Shown here: positions 33,017 to 44,049 of the stretch, one piece after another
How positions within the stretch are numbered: position 1 is the stretch's first letter
How the letters are laid out: each line of letters begins with the position of its first letter
Assembly (NCBI GenBank): GCA_016202695.1
Contig: JACQOE010000029.1
Location: 61,332 to 125,331, forward strand
DNA length: 64,000 nucleotides
DNA from: Pseudomonadota bacterium
GTDB taxonomy: Bacteria; Pseudomonadota; Alphaproteobacteria; JACQOE01
Direction of reading: 5' to 3'
The notes under the pieces: generated by a model
Seen by the model: the letters and a program-made list of their open reading frames with translations, nothing else
What the model was told of the DNA's origin: nothing
Database searches by the model: none
Position numbers and translations under genes: made by a program

Positions 33017-33841
33017 TCGGACCTCTTGTCTCTTGCTCTGGTGCCCCTTCCGGCCCGGCCGGCGCGACGGCCGCAGGCGGCGCGCGAGGGCGAGCACGTA
33101 CATCACCCCAAGCGCCCCGGCCAATGAAAACCATGTGAGCGCATACTGCAAATGGTCGCTGGGGAAGGCGACGTCCACCTGCCAGGGGATCGGAAGCCCG
33201 GCCGGAGCCCCCTCGCCCCTCTCGGCGCGAGTCGCGACCGCCCAGACGGTGAACGGCGCTGCTCGCCCGAGCCCGACATGGGCGGCGATGGCCGGGATGT
33301 CGGTCGAGAACCACTGTTCCTTCTCGGGCTTGTTGGCCGGCGTGAAGGGGCCGGACGGGGAGGGCAGCACGACGAGTCCCTCGACCTCCAGCCGCCCCTC
33401 GATCCGGCTCTCGGGGCGCCGGTCGGGGGCCACGCGCTCGTCGGGTACGAAGCCCCGGTTGACCAGCACCGGAAGCCCCTCGTCGCGCAGCAGCGGGGTA
33501 ATCACCTCCGCGCCCGCCTCACTGCGCCGGGTGCGGGGGCGAATCAGGATCTCGGCCGAGTGGAGGAATTGCCCGCCGAGGCGCACCCTGCGGAAGGCCC
33601 AGGCCCCCAGCTCCCCGGGGGTCGCCTCGTCGAGGGCGACGGGCAGCGCCACCGCCTCGCTCCTGGCGCGCGCCTCGAACAGCCGGACGAGCGCCGCCTT
33701 CTCCTCCCTCCGGTCGAGCTGCCACAGCCCGAGCCCGACCAGGAGGGCGACGAGGACGGCAACGATCAGGGTCGGCCACAAGCCCGGATGCGCGATCCAG
33801 CGAGAGAATCTGGCGCCCCACATGGGATTCGCCGGGCGCAC
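33017..33841 (-). CDS. SURF1 family cytochrome oxidase assembly protein; lacks its own stop codon and reads in frame into the M32 gene
   Basis: Two TM helices flanking periplasmic domain, characteristic SURF1 pattern (WQL.R...HLQYALTWFSLAGAL); same reading frame as M32 ORF with no intervening stop. Confidence 0.7.
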
Positions 33842-34261
33842 TCAGGCGCCGCCCGGCCCTCGCCTCTCCTCGTCCCGACCGCCCCCCGAGTCGGCGGCCA
33901 GCATCTCCGCGACGCGGTGCCGGTACTGGAGCGCGACCAGCACCCCCTTGAACAGCCTGAGGAGCACGACCGCGAGTGCGAGGATGGCCGGCGGCCAGAC
34001 GATGGCGTGCAGCCACAAGGGCGGCTCGAAGGCGATCTCGATGCCGAACGCCAGCCCGACCGCGGCGACGCCGAGGAAGAAGATCACGAACACCGCCGGC
34101 CCGTCGCCAGCGTCGTGGTTGCGCAAGTCCAGCCCGCAGGCGCGGCAACGCTCGGCGACCGAGAGCAGGCCCGAGAAGAGCGGCCCGGCGGCGCAGCGCG
34201 GGCACCGACCCCTAAGGCCGGTGGCGATGGGGGACTGCGGCGGGTAGTACGCGTTGCCCAC
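33842..34261 (-). CDS. DUF983 zinc-ribbon membrane protein (cox-cluster associated)
   Basis: CPRC...CRAC Zn-ribbon N-terminus + 2 TM; conserved position between ctaE and surf1. Confidence 0.7.
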   Translation of the reverse strand: MGNAYYPPQSPIATGLRGRCPRCAAGPLFSGLLSVAERCRACGLDLRNHDAGDGPAVFVIFFLGVAAVGLAFGIEIAFEPPLWLHAIVWPPAILALAVVLLRLFKGVLVALQYRHRVAEMLAADSGGGRDEERRGPGGA

Positions 34262-34276
34262 GTCCTCGGCCGATCC

Positions 34277-35101
34277 CTAAACGCGCGGCGCCCCGCTCCC
34301 GCCCCACCAGTAGACACAAACAAAGAGGAACAGCCACACCACATCGACGAAATGCCAGTACCAAGCCGCGGCCTCGAAGCCGAAATGGTGGTCCGGCTTG
34401 AAGTGGCCTGCCCAGGCCCGGTAAAGACAAACGCTCAGGAACACGGTGCCGATCATCACGTGGAAGCCGTGAAACCCGGTCGCCATGAAGAAGGTCGAGG
34501 AGTAGATGCCGTCCTTGAACGAGAACGGCGCATGGCTGTACTCATACGCCTGCACAAGGAGGAAGGTGAGGCCGAGCGCGATGGTAAGCCCGAGACCCTG
34601 AAGCATCTGCGCGCGCTTGTCCTCGATCAGCGCGTGATGCGCCCAGGTGACCGTGCAGCCCGAGCTGAGGAGGATGAGCGTGTTGAGGAACGGGAGCTCC
34701 CACGGATTGAAGACCGTCACCCTCTGGGGCGGCCACTGCCCGCCGGTCGAGGCCGCCGGGAAGAGGCTCGAGTCGAAGAAGGCCCAGAAGAAGGCGGCGA
34801 AGAACATCACCTCGGAGGCGATGAACAGCGCCATCCCGTACCTGAGCCCGATCTGCACCACCGGCGTGTGATGCCCCTCAAAGGTGGCCTCGCGCACGAC
34901 GTCGCGGAACCAAGCGAACATCACCGCCAGCACCGCGGCCACGCCCAGAAGGAACAGCCAGATCACGTCGTAATGCATGTAGACCAGGAGCCCGACGAAC
35001 ATGGTGAACGCGGCGAGTGCGCCCAGGATCGGCCAGGGACTAGGGTCGACCAGATGATAGGGATGCTTATGCGAGGCGTGGGGGGCGTGCGCATGGGCCA
35101 T
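34277..35101 (-). CDS. ctaE: Cytochrome c oxidase subunit III
   Basis: HPYHLVDPSPWP... canonical subunit III N-terminus, 7 TM. Confidence 0.95.
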   Translation of the reverse strand: MAHAHAPHASHKHPYHLVDPSPWPILGALAAFTMFVGLLVYMHYDVIWLFLLGVAAVLAVMFAWFRDVVREATFEGHHTPVVQIGLRYGMALFIASEVMFFAAFFWAFFDSSLFPAASTGGQWPPQRVTVFNPWELPFLNTLILLSSGCTVTWAHHALIEDKRAQMLQGLGLTIALGLTFLLVQAYEYSHAPFSFKDGIYSSTFFMATGFHGFHVMIGTVFLSVCLYRAWAGHFKPDHHFGFEAAAWYWHFVDVVWLFLFVCVYWWGGSGAPRV

Positions 35102-35137
35102 GGATTTCGGTTCCTCTGATCAGCCTGCGGCCGGCCA

Positions 35138-35728
35138 TCACTCTCCGACGTGGGCGACCTCGTCGGACCGTCCGCCCAGAACGGGGACGTCGTCGAGCGA
35201 GCGGAAGAAGGTGTAGGAGAGGGTGATGGTGGACACGTCTCCGGTATCGGGGTCGGCGGCGATCGCCGGATCGACGAAGAAGCTCACCGGCATCTCGACC
35301 CGCTCGCCCGGCTTGAGCGTCTGCTCGGTGAAACAGAAGCACTGGATCTTGTTGAAGTACCGGCCGGCCTTGAGGGGGGTAACGTTGAAAGTCGAGATCC
35401 CGGTCACCGCTGCGTCCGCGTGGTTGACCGCCTCGTAGTAGACGAGCGCGGTCTCGCCCACGCGCAGGCGAACCTCCTTCTGCAGCGGCCGGAACGACCA
35501 CGAAAGCCTGGGATTGACATCGGCATTGAAGCGCACCGCGACGATCTTCTCTCCCGCCTGGGCCGGCACCGAGGCCGCGACCCGGGTGGCGCCGCCGAAG
35601 CCGGTCGCCCGGCAGAAAAGGTCGTAGAGCGGCACCGAGGCGAAGGCCAGACCGACCATGCCACCGACCACGGCCAGCAGACCCGCGAGCACGACCCGGT
35701 TGCGCCGGCGCAGCCGATCCGGGCTCAT
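35138..35728 (-). CDS. ctaG: Cytochrome c oxidase assembly protein CtaG/Cox11
   Basis: TM + ...YDLFCRATGFGG... Cox11 copper-chaperone motif. Confidence 0.9.
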   Translation of the reverse strand: MSPDRLRRRNRVVLAGLLAVVGGMVGLAFASVPLYDLFCRATGFGGATRVAASVPAQAGEKIVAVRFNADVNPRLSWSFRPLQKEVRLRVGETALVYYEAVNHADAAVTGISTFNVTPLKAGRYFNKIQCFCFTEQTLKPGERVEMPVSFFVDPAIAADPDTGDVSTITLSYTFFRSLDDVPVLGGRSDEVAHVGE

Positions 35729-35877
35729 CCGCCCCCCGTGATCTTGACGATGGTGACTAGGTAGAAGAGCACCGCGAGCCCGCCGAGCACCGCGAGGAGC
35801 GCGAGGTTGCGGCCGCGCACCCGACGCGCGCGCTCGTCCGTCGCGCCCGGCTCCCTCTCGATTCGCTCGCCGGCCAC
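35725..35877 (-). CDS. Unannotated 50-aa single-TM protein in ctaB-ctaG gap (GTG start)
   Basis: Manual translation VAGERIEREPGATDERARRVRGRNLALLAVLGGLAVLFYLVTIVKITGGG*; stop TGA overlaps ctaG ATG (ATGA); below the 60-aa track cutoff. Confidence 0.4.
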   Translation of the reverse strand: MAGERIEREPGATDERARRVRGRNLALLAVLGGLAVLFYLVTIVKITGGG

Positions 35878-35890
35878 GGCGCCCGCCCCC

Positions 35891-36820
35891 CTAGGCCCAG
35901 CCCAGGAGCGCCGCGGCGCGGTCCGCGATCAGCGCGCAGAAGATGAGGAAGAGATAGACGATCGAGAAGCCGAACATGCGCTTCGCACTCGCCACGCCCC
36001 GATCGCGGAAGACCGCGAGCGCGCGATAGAGGAACGTGGCGGAGAGCAAGACCGCGGAAACCCCATAGACCGGACCCGAAAGCCCGACCGCGAGCGGCGC
36101 CAACGAAATCGCCGCCACCACCGCACTGTAGAGCAGGATCTGGCGGCGCGTCTCGCGCTCGCCCGCGACGACCGGCAGCATCGGCACCCCGGCACGGGCG
36201 TAGTCGGCGCTGCGGTAGAGGGCGAGCGACCAGAAGTGGGGCGGAGTCCAGAAGAAAATGAGGGCGAACAGGATGAGGGCCTCGATCCCCACGTCGCCGG
36301 TCGCCGCCGCCCAGCCGATCACCGGCGGGAAGGCCCCGGCGGCGCCCCCGATGACGATGTTCTGCGGGGTGCGCCGCTTGAGCCAGACCGTGTAGACGAA
36401 CACGTAGAATGCGATCGAGAGCGCAAGCAGCGCCGCCGCCGCCAGCCCTACCACCAATCCCATCAGCAGCACCGAGCCGGCGGCGAGGGCGACCCCGAAG
36501 GACAGCGCCTCCTCGGGCCGCATGCGCCCCGCCGGGATGGGGCGAGCGCAGGTTCGCGTCATCACCGCGTCGATGTCGCGGTCGTACCACATGTTGATCG
36601 CCCCGGCCGCGCCGGCGCCGAGCGCGATGGCGAGCACGGCGACCGCCCCGATCAGCGGATTCGCCCCGCCGGGCGCGAGCAGGAGCCCGGCAAGGCCGGT
36701 GAACACGACCAGCGACATCACCCGCGGCTTGAGGATCGCGACGTAGTCGCGCGCCGAGGCGAGATCGACGACCGCTTGCGCCGCCGCCCGCGAACTGAGG
36801 TCACCTGCGCTCTCGGACAC
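35891..36820 (-). CDS. ctaB: Protoheme IX farnesyltransferase (heme O synthase)
   Basis: UbiA-family polyprenyltransferase motifs, 9 TM. Confidence 0.95.
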   Translation of the reverse strand: MSESAGDLSSRAAAQAVVDLASARDYVAILKPRVMSLVVFTGLAGLLLAPGGANPLIGAVAVLAIALGAGAAGAINMWYDRDIDAVMTRTCARPIPAGRMRPEEALSFGVALAAGSVLLMGLVVGLAAAALLALSIAFYVFVYTVWLKRRTPQNIVIGGAAGAFPPVIGWAAATGDVGIEALILFALIFFWTPPHFWSLALYRSADYARAGVPMLPVVAGERETRRQILLYSAVVAAISLAPLAVGLSGPVYGVSAVLLSATFLYRALAVFRDRGVASAKRMFGFSIVYLFLIFCALIADRAAALLGWA

Positions 36821-36872
36821 TCTTGTCGCTCCCTCTGCGCTTCTCCGCCGTTCCGCCGCGATCGGCGCACCC

Positions 36873-38537
<1,665 letters not shown>

Positions 38538-39386
38538 TCACTGGGTGGCCGTCGCCACCTCGACCGGCGCGCCGTCGGCGCGCGCGAACTTCTGCTTCGC
38601 CTCCGCCACCCACTTGGCGAAGTCCTCCTTCGACACGGCGTCGATGGCAACCGGCATGAAACCGTGGTTGACTCCGCACAGCTCGGAGCACTGGCCGAAA
38701 TAGGTGCCCGGCTTGGTGATCCGCGTCCAGGTCTCGTTCACCTTGCCGGGGATGGTGTCCATCTTCACCCCGAGCGCGGGGACCGCCCAGGAATGAAGCA
38801 CATCGGTGGAGGTGAAGAGGAGGCGGACGTTGGTGTCCACCGGCAGCACCACCCGATTATCGGTCTCCAGAAGCCGCCTCTGGCCCGGCTTGATTTCGGC
38901 GTCGGAGACCAAGTTGGCGTCAAACGTAAAGCCGCCATCATCGGAATACTCGTAGCTCCAGTACCATTGATGGCCGACGACCTTGAGCGTCATCTCGGCG
39001 TCGGCGGTGCGATCCTGGAAGTAAAGGAGGCGGAAGGAGGGGATGGCGATGATCACCAGGACGATCACCGGGACCACCGTCCACAGAACCTCGACGACGG
39101 TGTTGTGGGAGGTGCGCGAGGGAACCGGGTTGCGCGAGGCCCGGAAGCGGACGATCACGTAAAGAAGGAGGCCCAGCACGAGCACGCAGATGCCGATGAT
39201 GATCACCAGCAGCATGTCGTGGAACGCGACCAGCCGCTCCATCACCGGCGAGGCGGGGGGCTGGAAGTAGAGCTGCCAGGGCTCGGGCGCGGCCGCCAGG
39301 ACGCCAGACGCATGACCAAGGCCGAACGCGATCACCGCGCCCCGGACGAGGCGTGCCCCGAGTGCTCCGAGAACCATGCTCACCAT
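38538..39386 (-). CDS. ctaC: Cytochrome c oxidase subunit II
   Basis: Start at Met60 of track ORF after GAGAGGG RBS; CuA site HSWAVPALG...CSELCGVNHGFM. Confidence 0.9.
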   Translation of the reverse strand: MVSMVLGALGARLVRGAVIAFGLGHASGVLAAAPEPWQLYFQPPASPVMERLVAFHDMLLVIIIGICVLVLGLLLYVIVRFRASRNPVPSRTSHNTVVEVLWTVVPVIVLVIIAIPSFRLLYFQDRTADAEMTLKVVGHQWYWSYEYSDDGGFTFDANLVSDAEIKPGQRRLLETDNRVVLPVDTNVRLLFTSTDVLHSWAVPALGVKMDTIPGKVNETWTRITKPGTYFGQCSELCGVNHGFMPVAIDAVSKEDFAKWVAEAKQKFARADGAPVEVATATQ

Positions 39387-39682
39387 CCCTCTCAAGAGGA
39401 CCAAGCCCCTTTGGTGGAGGCACTTATCTAGCGGCCCCTCAACCGAGATGCAAAGCAAAAATCCAGGGATCGAGCTGCCCGCCGGCGGCGCCCCGCGACC
39501 CGGCGCCGGGGAGCAAAAATGGTGCCCGACCAGGGGCCTGCCCGCCTTCCTGGATGCCCTCAAAGGACCCGGTCGAGGGCTCGCCGGCCGCTAAGACGAT
39601 CCTCGACTGCCAGCCGGATCGGCGGTCGACCGAGGACGACGCCGGCCCAATACCGGGTGGCGCCCGCTGCCCCGCCGGAGCC

Positions 39683-41590
39683 TCAGCGCCGCTCCCGGCC
39701 CGCCCGAGGCGCCTTGGCCTTGATCGCCAGGTTCGTCTCCACGTAGTCGAGCAGGACGGCAAGCGACTGGGCCACGTCCTGGCTTCCGGTGTCGACCACG
39801 AGCTCGGGGCTCCCCGGTGGTTCGTAGGGCGCGGAGATGCCTGTGAAGTCGGGGATCTCGCCCCGGCGCGCCTTCTTGTAGAGGCCCTTGGGATCGCGTG
39901 CCTCGCAGGTGGCGAGGTCGGCCCGGACGTAAATCTCGTGGAAGAGGTCGGGGGCGATCGCGCGCACCCGGTCGCGATCCGAGCGGTAGGGCGAGATGAA
40001 GGCGGTGATCACCAGCATCCCCGCGCGGGCGAAAAGCGCCGCCACCTCGCCCACGCGGCGGATGTTCTCGGCCCGGTCGTCGGGGCTGAAGCCGAGGTCG
40101 GCCGAGAGCCCGTGGCGGATGTTGTCGCCGTCGAGCACGAACACCTGGTAGCCCTTGCGGAACAACCGCTGCTCGAGCTCGAGGGCGAGCGTGGTCTTTC
40201 CCGCGCCCGAGAGCCCGGTGAGCCAGAGGATGCCGCTCTTGTGGCCGTTGACCAGCGAGCGGCTCTCCTGCCCGACGCGGTGATCGACGCTGGTGATGTT
40301 GGTCGACTTCACCGTCAGCGCGTGGCGTTGGTCGGGGTAGCCGCGCATGTTGATGATGCCGCCGCCGACGATGTCGTCGTCGTCGAGGAGCACGACGCGC
40401 CCGGTGGCGGGGTTGGCGGTGAAGGGGTCGAGGACCACGGTCGAGCGCGCGCGCAGCACGACCTCGGCCACCCCGTTGCGCTCGACGACGCCGTCGCTGC
40501 GCGCCGAGAGGTCGGCGACGTCGATGACCGTCTCGACCTCCTGCACCTGTAGCTGCAGCTCGGCGGTGTTGAGCCTGGCCTTGTAGCGGTCGCCCGCGGC
40601 AAGCGGCCGGCGGCCCAGCCAGAAAAGGCGCGCGCGGAAGACGGTGCTGAGCACGGGGGCCGCCTCGAGGTGGCTGATCACCTCGCCGCGCTCGACGAAG
40701 ATCTGCTCATCGAGCGTGATCCCGATGCTCTGGCCCGTGGCCGCGGCGAGGACGGGCTGCGCCGCCCCCCAGGCCTCGATCGAGGAGACCCTGGCGGTCT
40801 TGTTGGAGGGCGAGAGGAGTACCGTGTCCCCCACCCTGAGCCGCCCCGACTCGATCCGCCCGGCGATGATCCGGCGTTGGTCGAATTTGTAGATGTCCTG
40901 GATGGGAAGTCGGAGCGGCAGATCGGTGGGGCGCGGCGCCGGCGCGAGCTGGTCGAGGGCCTGGACCAGCGTCATACCCTCGTACCAATCCATGGCACCG
41001 CCGGCGGCCCCGCGCCGGGCGACGTTGTCGCCGGTCTGGGCCGAGAGCGGAACGATATGGGTGGGGAGGATGCCAAGCTCGGCGAGACAGGCCCGCGCGT
41101 CGGCCGCAACATCGGCGAAGGCGGTGAAGGAAAAGTCGGCCAAGTCCATCTTGTTGACCGCCACCGCGACCTGACGGATGCCGAGGAGGTGGACGAGATA
41201 GGCGTGGCGGCGCGTCTGCTCCTGCATGCCCTCGGTCACATCGACGACGAGCAGGGCGGCATCCGCGGGCGCCGCCCCGGTGATCATGTTCCTGACGAAC
41301 TCGCGGTGGCCGGGGGTGTCGATGATGACCAAGGCGCGCCGCTCGGTGCACAGCCGGGTTTGGGTGGTGTCGATGCTGAGGCCCTGCTCGCGCTCGGCCT
41401 GGAGCGCGTCCAGGAGAAACGCCCACTCGAATGGCATTCCCCGGCGCCCGCACATCGCGCGCACCGCCTCGATACGACCCTCGGCAAGACCGCCAGTCTC
41501 CGCCAGCATCCGCCCGATCAGCGTCGACTTGCCGTGCTGCGCGTGGCCGACGACGACGACCTTGACCGTCTGTGGATCGTGCTCGGCCAT
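39683..41590 (-). CDS. cysNC: Bifunctional sulfate adenylyltransferase subunit 1 / adenylylsulfate kinase (CysN-CysC fusion)
   Basis: N-terminal GTPase GHAQHGKST...DTPGH...NKMD; C-terminal APS kinase GLSGAGKTT. Confidence 0.9.
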   Translation of the reverse strand: MAEHDPQTVKVVVVGHAQHGKSTLIGRMLAETGGLAEGRIEAVRAMCGRRGMPFEWAFLLDALQAEREQGLSIDTTQTRLCTERRALVIIDTPGHREFVRNMITGAAPADAALLVVDVTEGMQEQTRRHAYLVHLLGIRQVAVAVNKMDLADFSFTAFADVAADARACLAELGILPTHIVPLSAQTGDNVARRGAAGGAMDWYEGMTLVQALDQLAPAPRPTDLPLRLPIQDIYKFDQRRIIAGRIESGRLRVGDTVLLSPSNKTARVSSIEAWGAAQPVLAAATGQSIGITLDEQIFVERGEVISHLEAAPVLSTVFRARLFWLGRRPLAAGDRYKARLNTAELQLQVQEVETVIDVADLSARSDGVVERNGVAEVVLRARSTVVLDPFTANPATGRVVLLDDDDIVGGGIINMRGYPDQRHALTVKSTNITSVDHRVGQESRSLVNGHKSGILWLTGLSGAGKTTLALELEQRLFRKGYQVFVLDGDNIRHGLSADLGFSPDDRAENIRRVGEVAALFARAGMLVITAFISPYRSDRDRVRAIAPDLFHEIYVRADLATCEARDPKGLYKKARRGEIPDFTGISAPYEPPGSPELVVDTGSQDVAQSLAVLLDYVETNLAIKAKAPRAGRERR

Positions 41591-41629
41591 CCTGCCCGCT
41601 CCGGTCCTCAGCTTTCCCCTCCCCGTCCG

Positions 41630-42424
41630 CTACATGTACCCGCCGCCGCGCAGCCGCTCGACGGCGTCCTCGGCCTCGTGGTCCATGGCGCGGCCCGCGC
41701 GCTCGGCGACACGGGTCGTCTCCAGCTCGGTGATGATCTCGTCCAGGCTCGCGGCGGTGCTGGCGATCGGGGTCGTGGCGTCGGAATCGCCGAGCGAGCG
41801 GTAGCGCCGGCCGGCGCGCGCGAAGTAGAGCTCGACCACGGGGATGCCCTCGCGCCGGATGTAGCGCCACACGTCGACCTCGCCCCAGTGCAGGAGCGGA
41901 TGGACGCGAAGGTGGGCCCCGGGCGCCACGCCGGTCTTGAACTGGTCCCAGAACTCGGGCGGCTGGTCGCGCGAGTCCCATCCGCCCCTGGCCCCGCGCG
42001 GGCTGAAGACGCGCTCCTTGGCCCGCGTCGGCTGCTCGTCGCGGCGAATTCCGGCGACGACTCCGACGAAGCCGTGGCGCTCGATCAGGCGCCTGAGACC
42101 CGCCGACTTGCGCGCCGCCAAGCGGGCGGCGGGAGGCAGCGTCGGGTCCATCTCCTCGACCGGCGGGCAGTCGCCGACGATCAGATCGAGCCCCCACTCC
42201 TTCGCATAGCGGTCGCGAAAGGGGCGCGTCTCGGGGAACTGCGTGCCGGTGTCGATGTGCAGCACCGGAAAGGGAACGTGCCCGAAGAACGCCTTGCGGG
42301 AGAGCCAGACGAGGACGGTGGAGTCCTTGCCCGACGACCACAGGAGGGCGATCGGCTTCAGCCGGCTGAAGGCCTCGCGCAGGACATAGACGCTCTGGCT
42401 CTCGAGGGCATCCAGGTGGTCCAT
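41630..42424 (-). CDS. cysD: Sulfate adenylyltransferase subunit 2
   Basis: Start at Met461 of track ORF (MDHLDALESQS...); PAPS-reductase-like SGKDS motif. Confidence 0.9.
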   Translation of the reverse strand: MDHLDALESQSVYVLREAFSRLKPIALLWSSGKDSTVLVWLSRKAFFGHVPFPVLHIDTGTQFPETRPFRDRYAKEWGLDLIVGDCPPVEEMDPTLPPAARLAARKSAGLRRLIERHGFVGVVAGIRRDEQPTRAKERVFSPRGARGGWDSRDQPPEFWDQFKTGVAPGAHLRVHPLLHWGEVDVWRYIRREGIPVVELYFARAGRRYRSLGDSDATTPIASTAASLDEIITELETTRVAERAGRAMDHEAEDAVERLRGGGYM

Positions 42425-42636
42425 GGGAATCTTCGAGACTCCTCGGGCTCGGTCCGGGCCGGAGAGGCGGCCGGGTGAGGCGCCCGGCCCTTGGGGACAG
42501 CACGAAACCACCCTGCACAAGGGATTGCAACCAAAACCGGTGTGGGAGCGGCGATCATCCTCGGCCGGGGCTGGGACGGGGTCGCGGGCGGCGGCCGCGC
42601 GACCCGCGGCGCGGGCCGGACGCCTCGCGAAACGGC

Positions 42637-43794
42637 TCAGATGGAGAGGCCAGGATCGAGCAGGCGGCCCTTCAGGCTGTCCTCGAAGGTCTGCAGCCGC
42701 ACGAACGACTTGATCTGATCGGCGATGCGGGCGTGATACTGGCGCCGTTGGTCGGGGTCGAAGAGGGTGGTCTCCGCGCTCTCGCGGTGGAAGTTGGCCG
42801 AGCGGAAGCCCACGTCGGCGGCGTGGACAAGGCGCTCGCGGGCGCCGCGCACCTTCCCCGACATCTCGGCCAACGCCAGCTCGGCGGTTGCGACGTCGGA
42901 CTCGGCGCTCGCCGCATTGGCCGCGGTGGTGAGGTCGGCGGTGCGGAGCCCGGCCGCGAGCACGCCGCTGAACGTGGGCTCGAGGTCGAGCGACACGGTG
43001 TCCTCGGCCGCCGCGTCGCGCCCGACCTGGACGTCGAAGCCGCGCGCGCTGATCGTGCCCGATACCGTGAGGTCGGCGGCATCGACCGCCGGGTCGATAT
43101 CGGTGCCGGGATCGAAGTTCTCGTTGATGGTGATGGTGAGGGCGAGGTCGCGAATGGGAACGGCGCGCGTCTGGCCCGCGGCCGGCGCCGTCGTCACCGC
43201 CTCGGAAACCGCCTGAACCCCGGTGGTGGTGTTGGTCACCGTGAACCGGTTGGTGGTGCTGCTGTAGGCCACCTCGAGCACATCGCCGTCGGCGAGGGCG
43301 CCGTTGGTGGGATTGGAGAAGGTGAAGCCGGCAAAGCCGTTCGCCGCCGAGAGGTCGGCCCCCACCGAGGTGGCGCTGAAGGAGGCGATCCCGGCAAGCA
43401 GGAACACCCTGTCTGCCTCGATGTTGGCCGCGGTTTCGTCGATCTGGGAACGGAGCGAGCGGAACTCCTGATCGAGGAGCGAGCGGTCGTAATCGGAGAG
43501 ATCGTCCTCGGCCGCCGACTGGGCCAAATCCTCGATCTGCCCGAGCAGCTCCTCGATCACGTCGAACCCTTCGATCGCCTTGGCCAGCGTGCCGTTGGCG
43601 TCGGCGCCGTTCTGCGCCCCCTGGGCGATGAGGACGCCGGCCGCGCTCAGCCGGTTGGCGAGGAGCCCGGTGACGGTGTTGAGGTCGCTGTTGCGGGCGT
43701 AGAACGGGTCGAACCGGCGCTCCGGCTCGAACGCCCGGTCGAAGGTGGCCGCGATCTGCGACTGGTTCAGCCTGAGGGATACGACATCGACCAT
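42637..43794 (-). CDS. Flagellin/FlgL-like protein (N-terminal flagellin helical domain), orphan
   Basis: ...IAQGAQNGADANGTLAKAIEGFDVIEELLGQIEDLAQSAAEDD...LLDQEFRSLRSQIDETAANIE... resembles flagellin D0/D1 N-terminal region; Thr/Ser/Asp-rich variable middle; start at Met41 (MVDVVSLRLNQ). Confidence 0.5.
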   Translation of the reverse strand: MVDVVSLRLNQSQIAATFDRAFEPERRFDPFYARNSDLNTVTGLLANRLSAAGVLIAQGAQNGADANGTLAKAIEGFDVIEELLGQIEDLAQSAAEDDLSDYDRSLLDQEFRSLRSQIDETAANIEADRVFLLAGIASFSATSVGADLSAANGFAGFTFSNPTNGALADGDVLEVAYSSTTNRFTVTNTTTGVQAVSEAVTTAPAAGQTRAVPIRDLALTITINENFDPGTDIDPAVDAADLTVSGTISARGFDVQVGRDAAAEDTVSLDLEPTFSGVLAAGLRTADLTTAANAASAESDVATAELALAEMSGKVRGARERLVHAADVGFRSANFHRESAETTLFDPDQRRQYHARIADQIKSFVRLQTFEDSLKGRLLDPGLSI

Positions 43795-43984
43795 GGTGAG
43801 CCACGTCTCACCCGGCACGTTCCCGTAAGGGCCTCGCCCCCACGGCGCATCCTGCTCGAAAGGCCGGTTCACGGCCCGCCCATCCTGGGAAGGCCGGATC
43901 GTCCTTGCGGACAATCTATCTCGCTCTCTTCACCTCTCCCACGCGAGGGGCCCCGCCCACCGGGATCCCCTGTAAAAACAGCTA

Positions 43985-44013
43985 ATATTAATAAATGGGA
44001 AGCCGCCCCGCAA
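43985..44013 (-). promoter_or_regulatory. Putative sigma70-type promoter (minus strand TTGCGG-17-TAATAT) in AT-rich spot upstream of flagellin-like gene
   Basis: Reverse complement gives TTGCGG at 44013-44008, 17-nt spacer, TAATAT at 43990-43985; only AT-rich island in this region. Confidence 0.3.
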
Positions 44014-44049
44014 CCGCCAACCCCCCTGCCCCTGCCCCGGGAGCCGCCC

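Noticed and set aside
42425-43804. Upstream 460 codons of the track ORF containing cysD
   Set aside because: R/G/P-rich; cysD starts at an internal Met matching family N-termini; a well-composed flagellin-like gene occupies this region in another frame.
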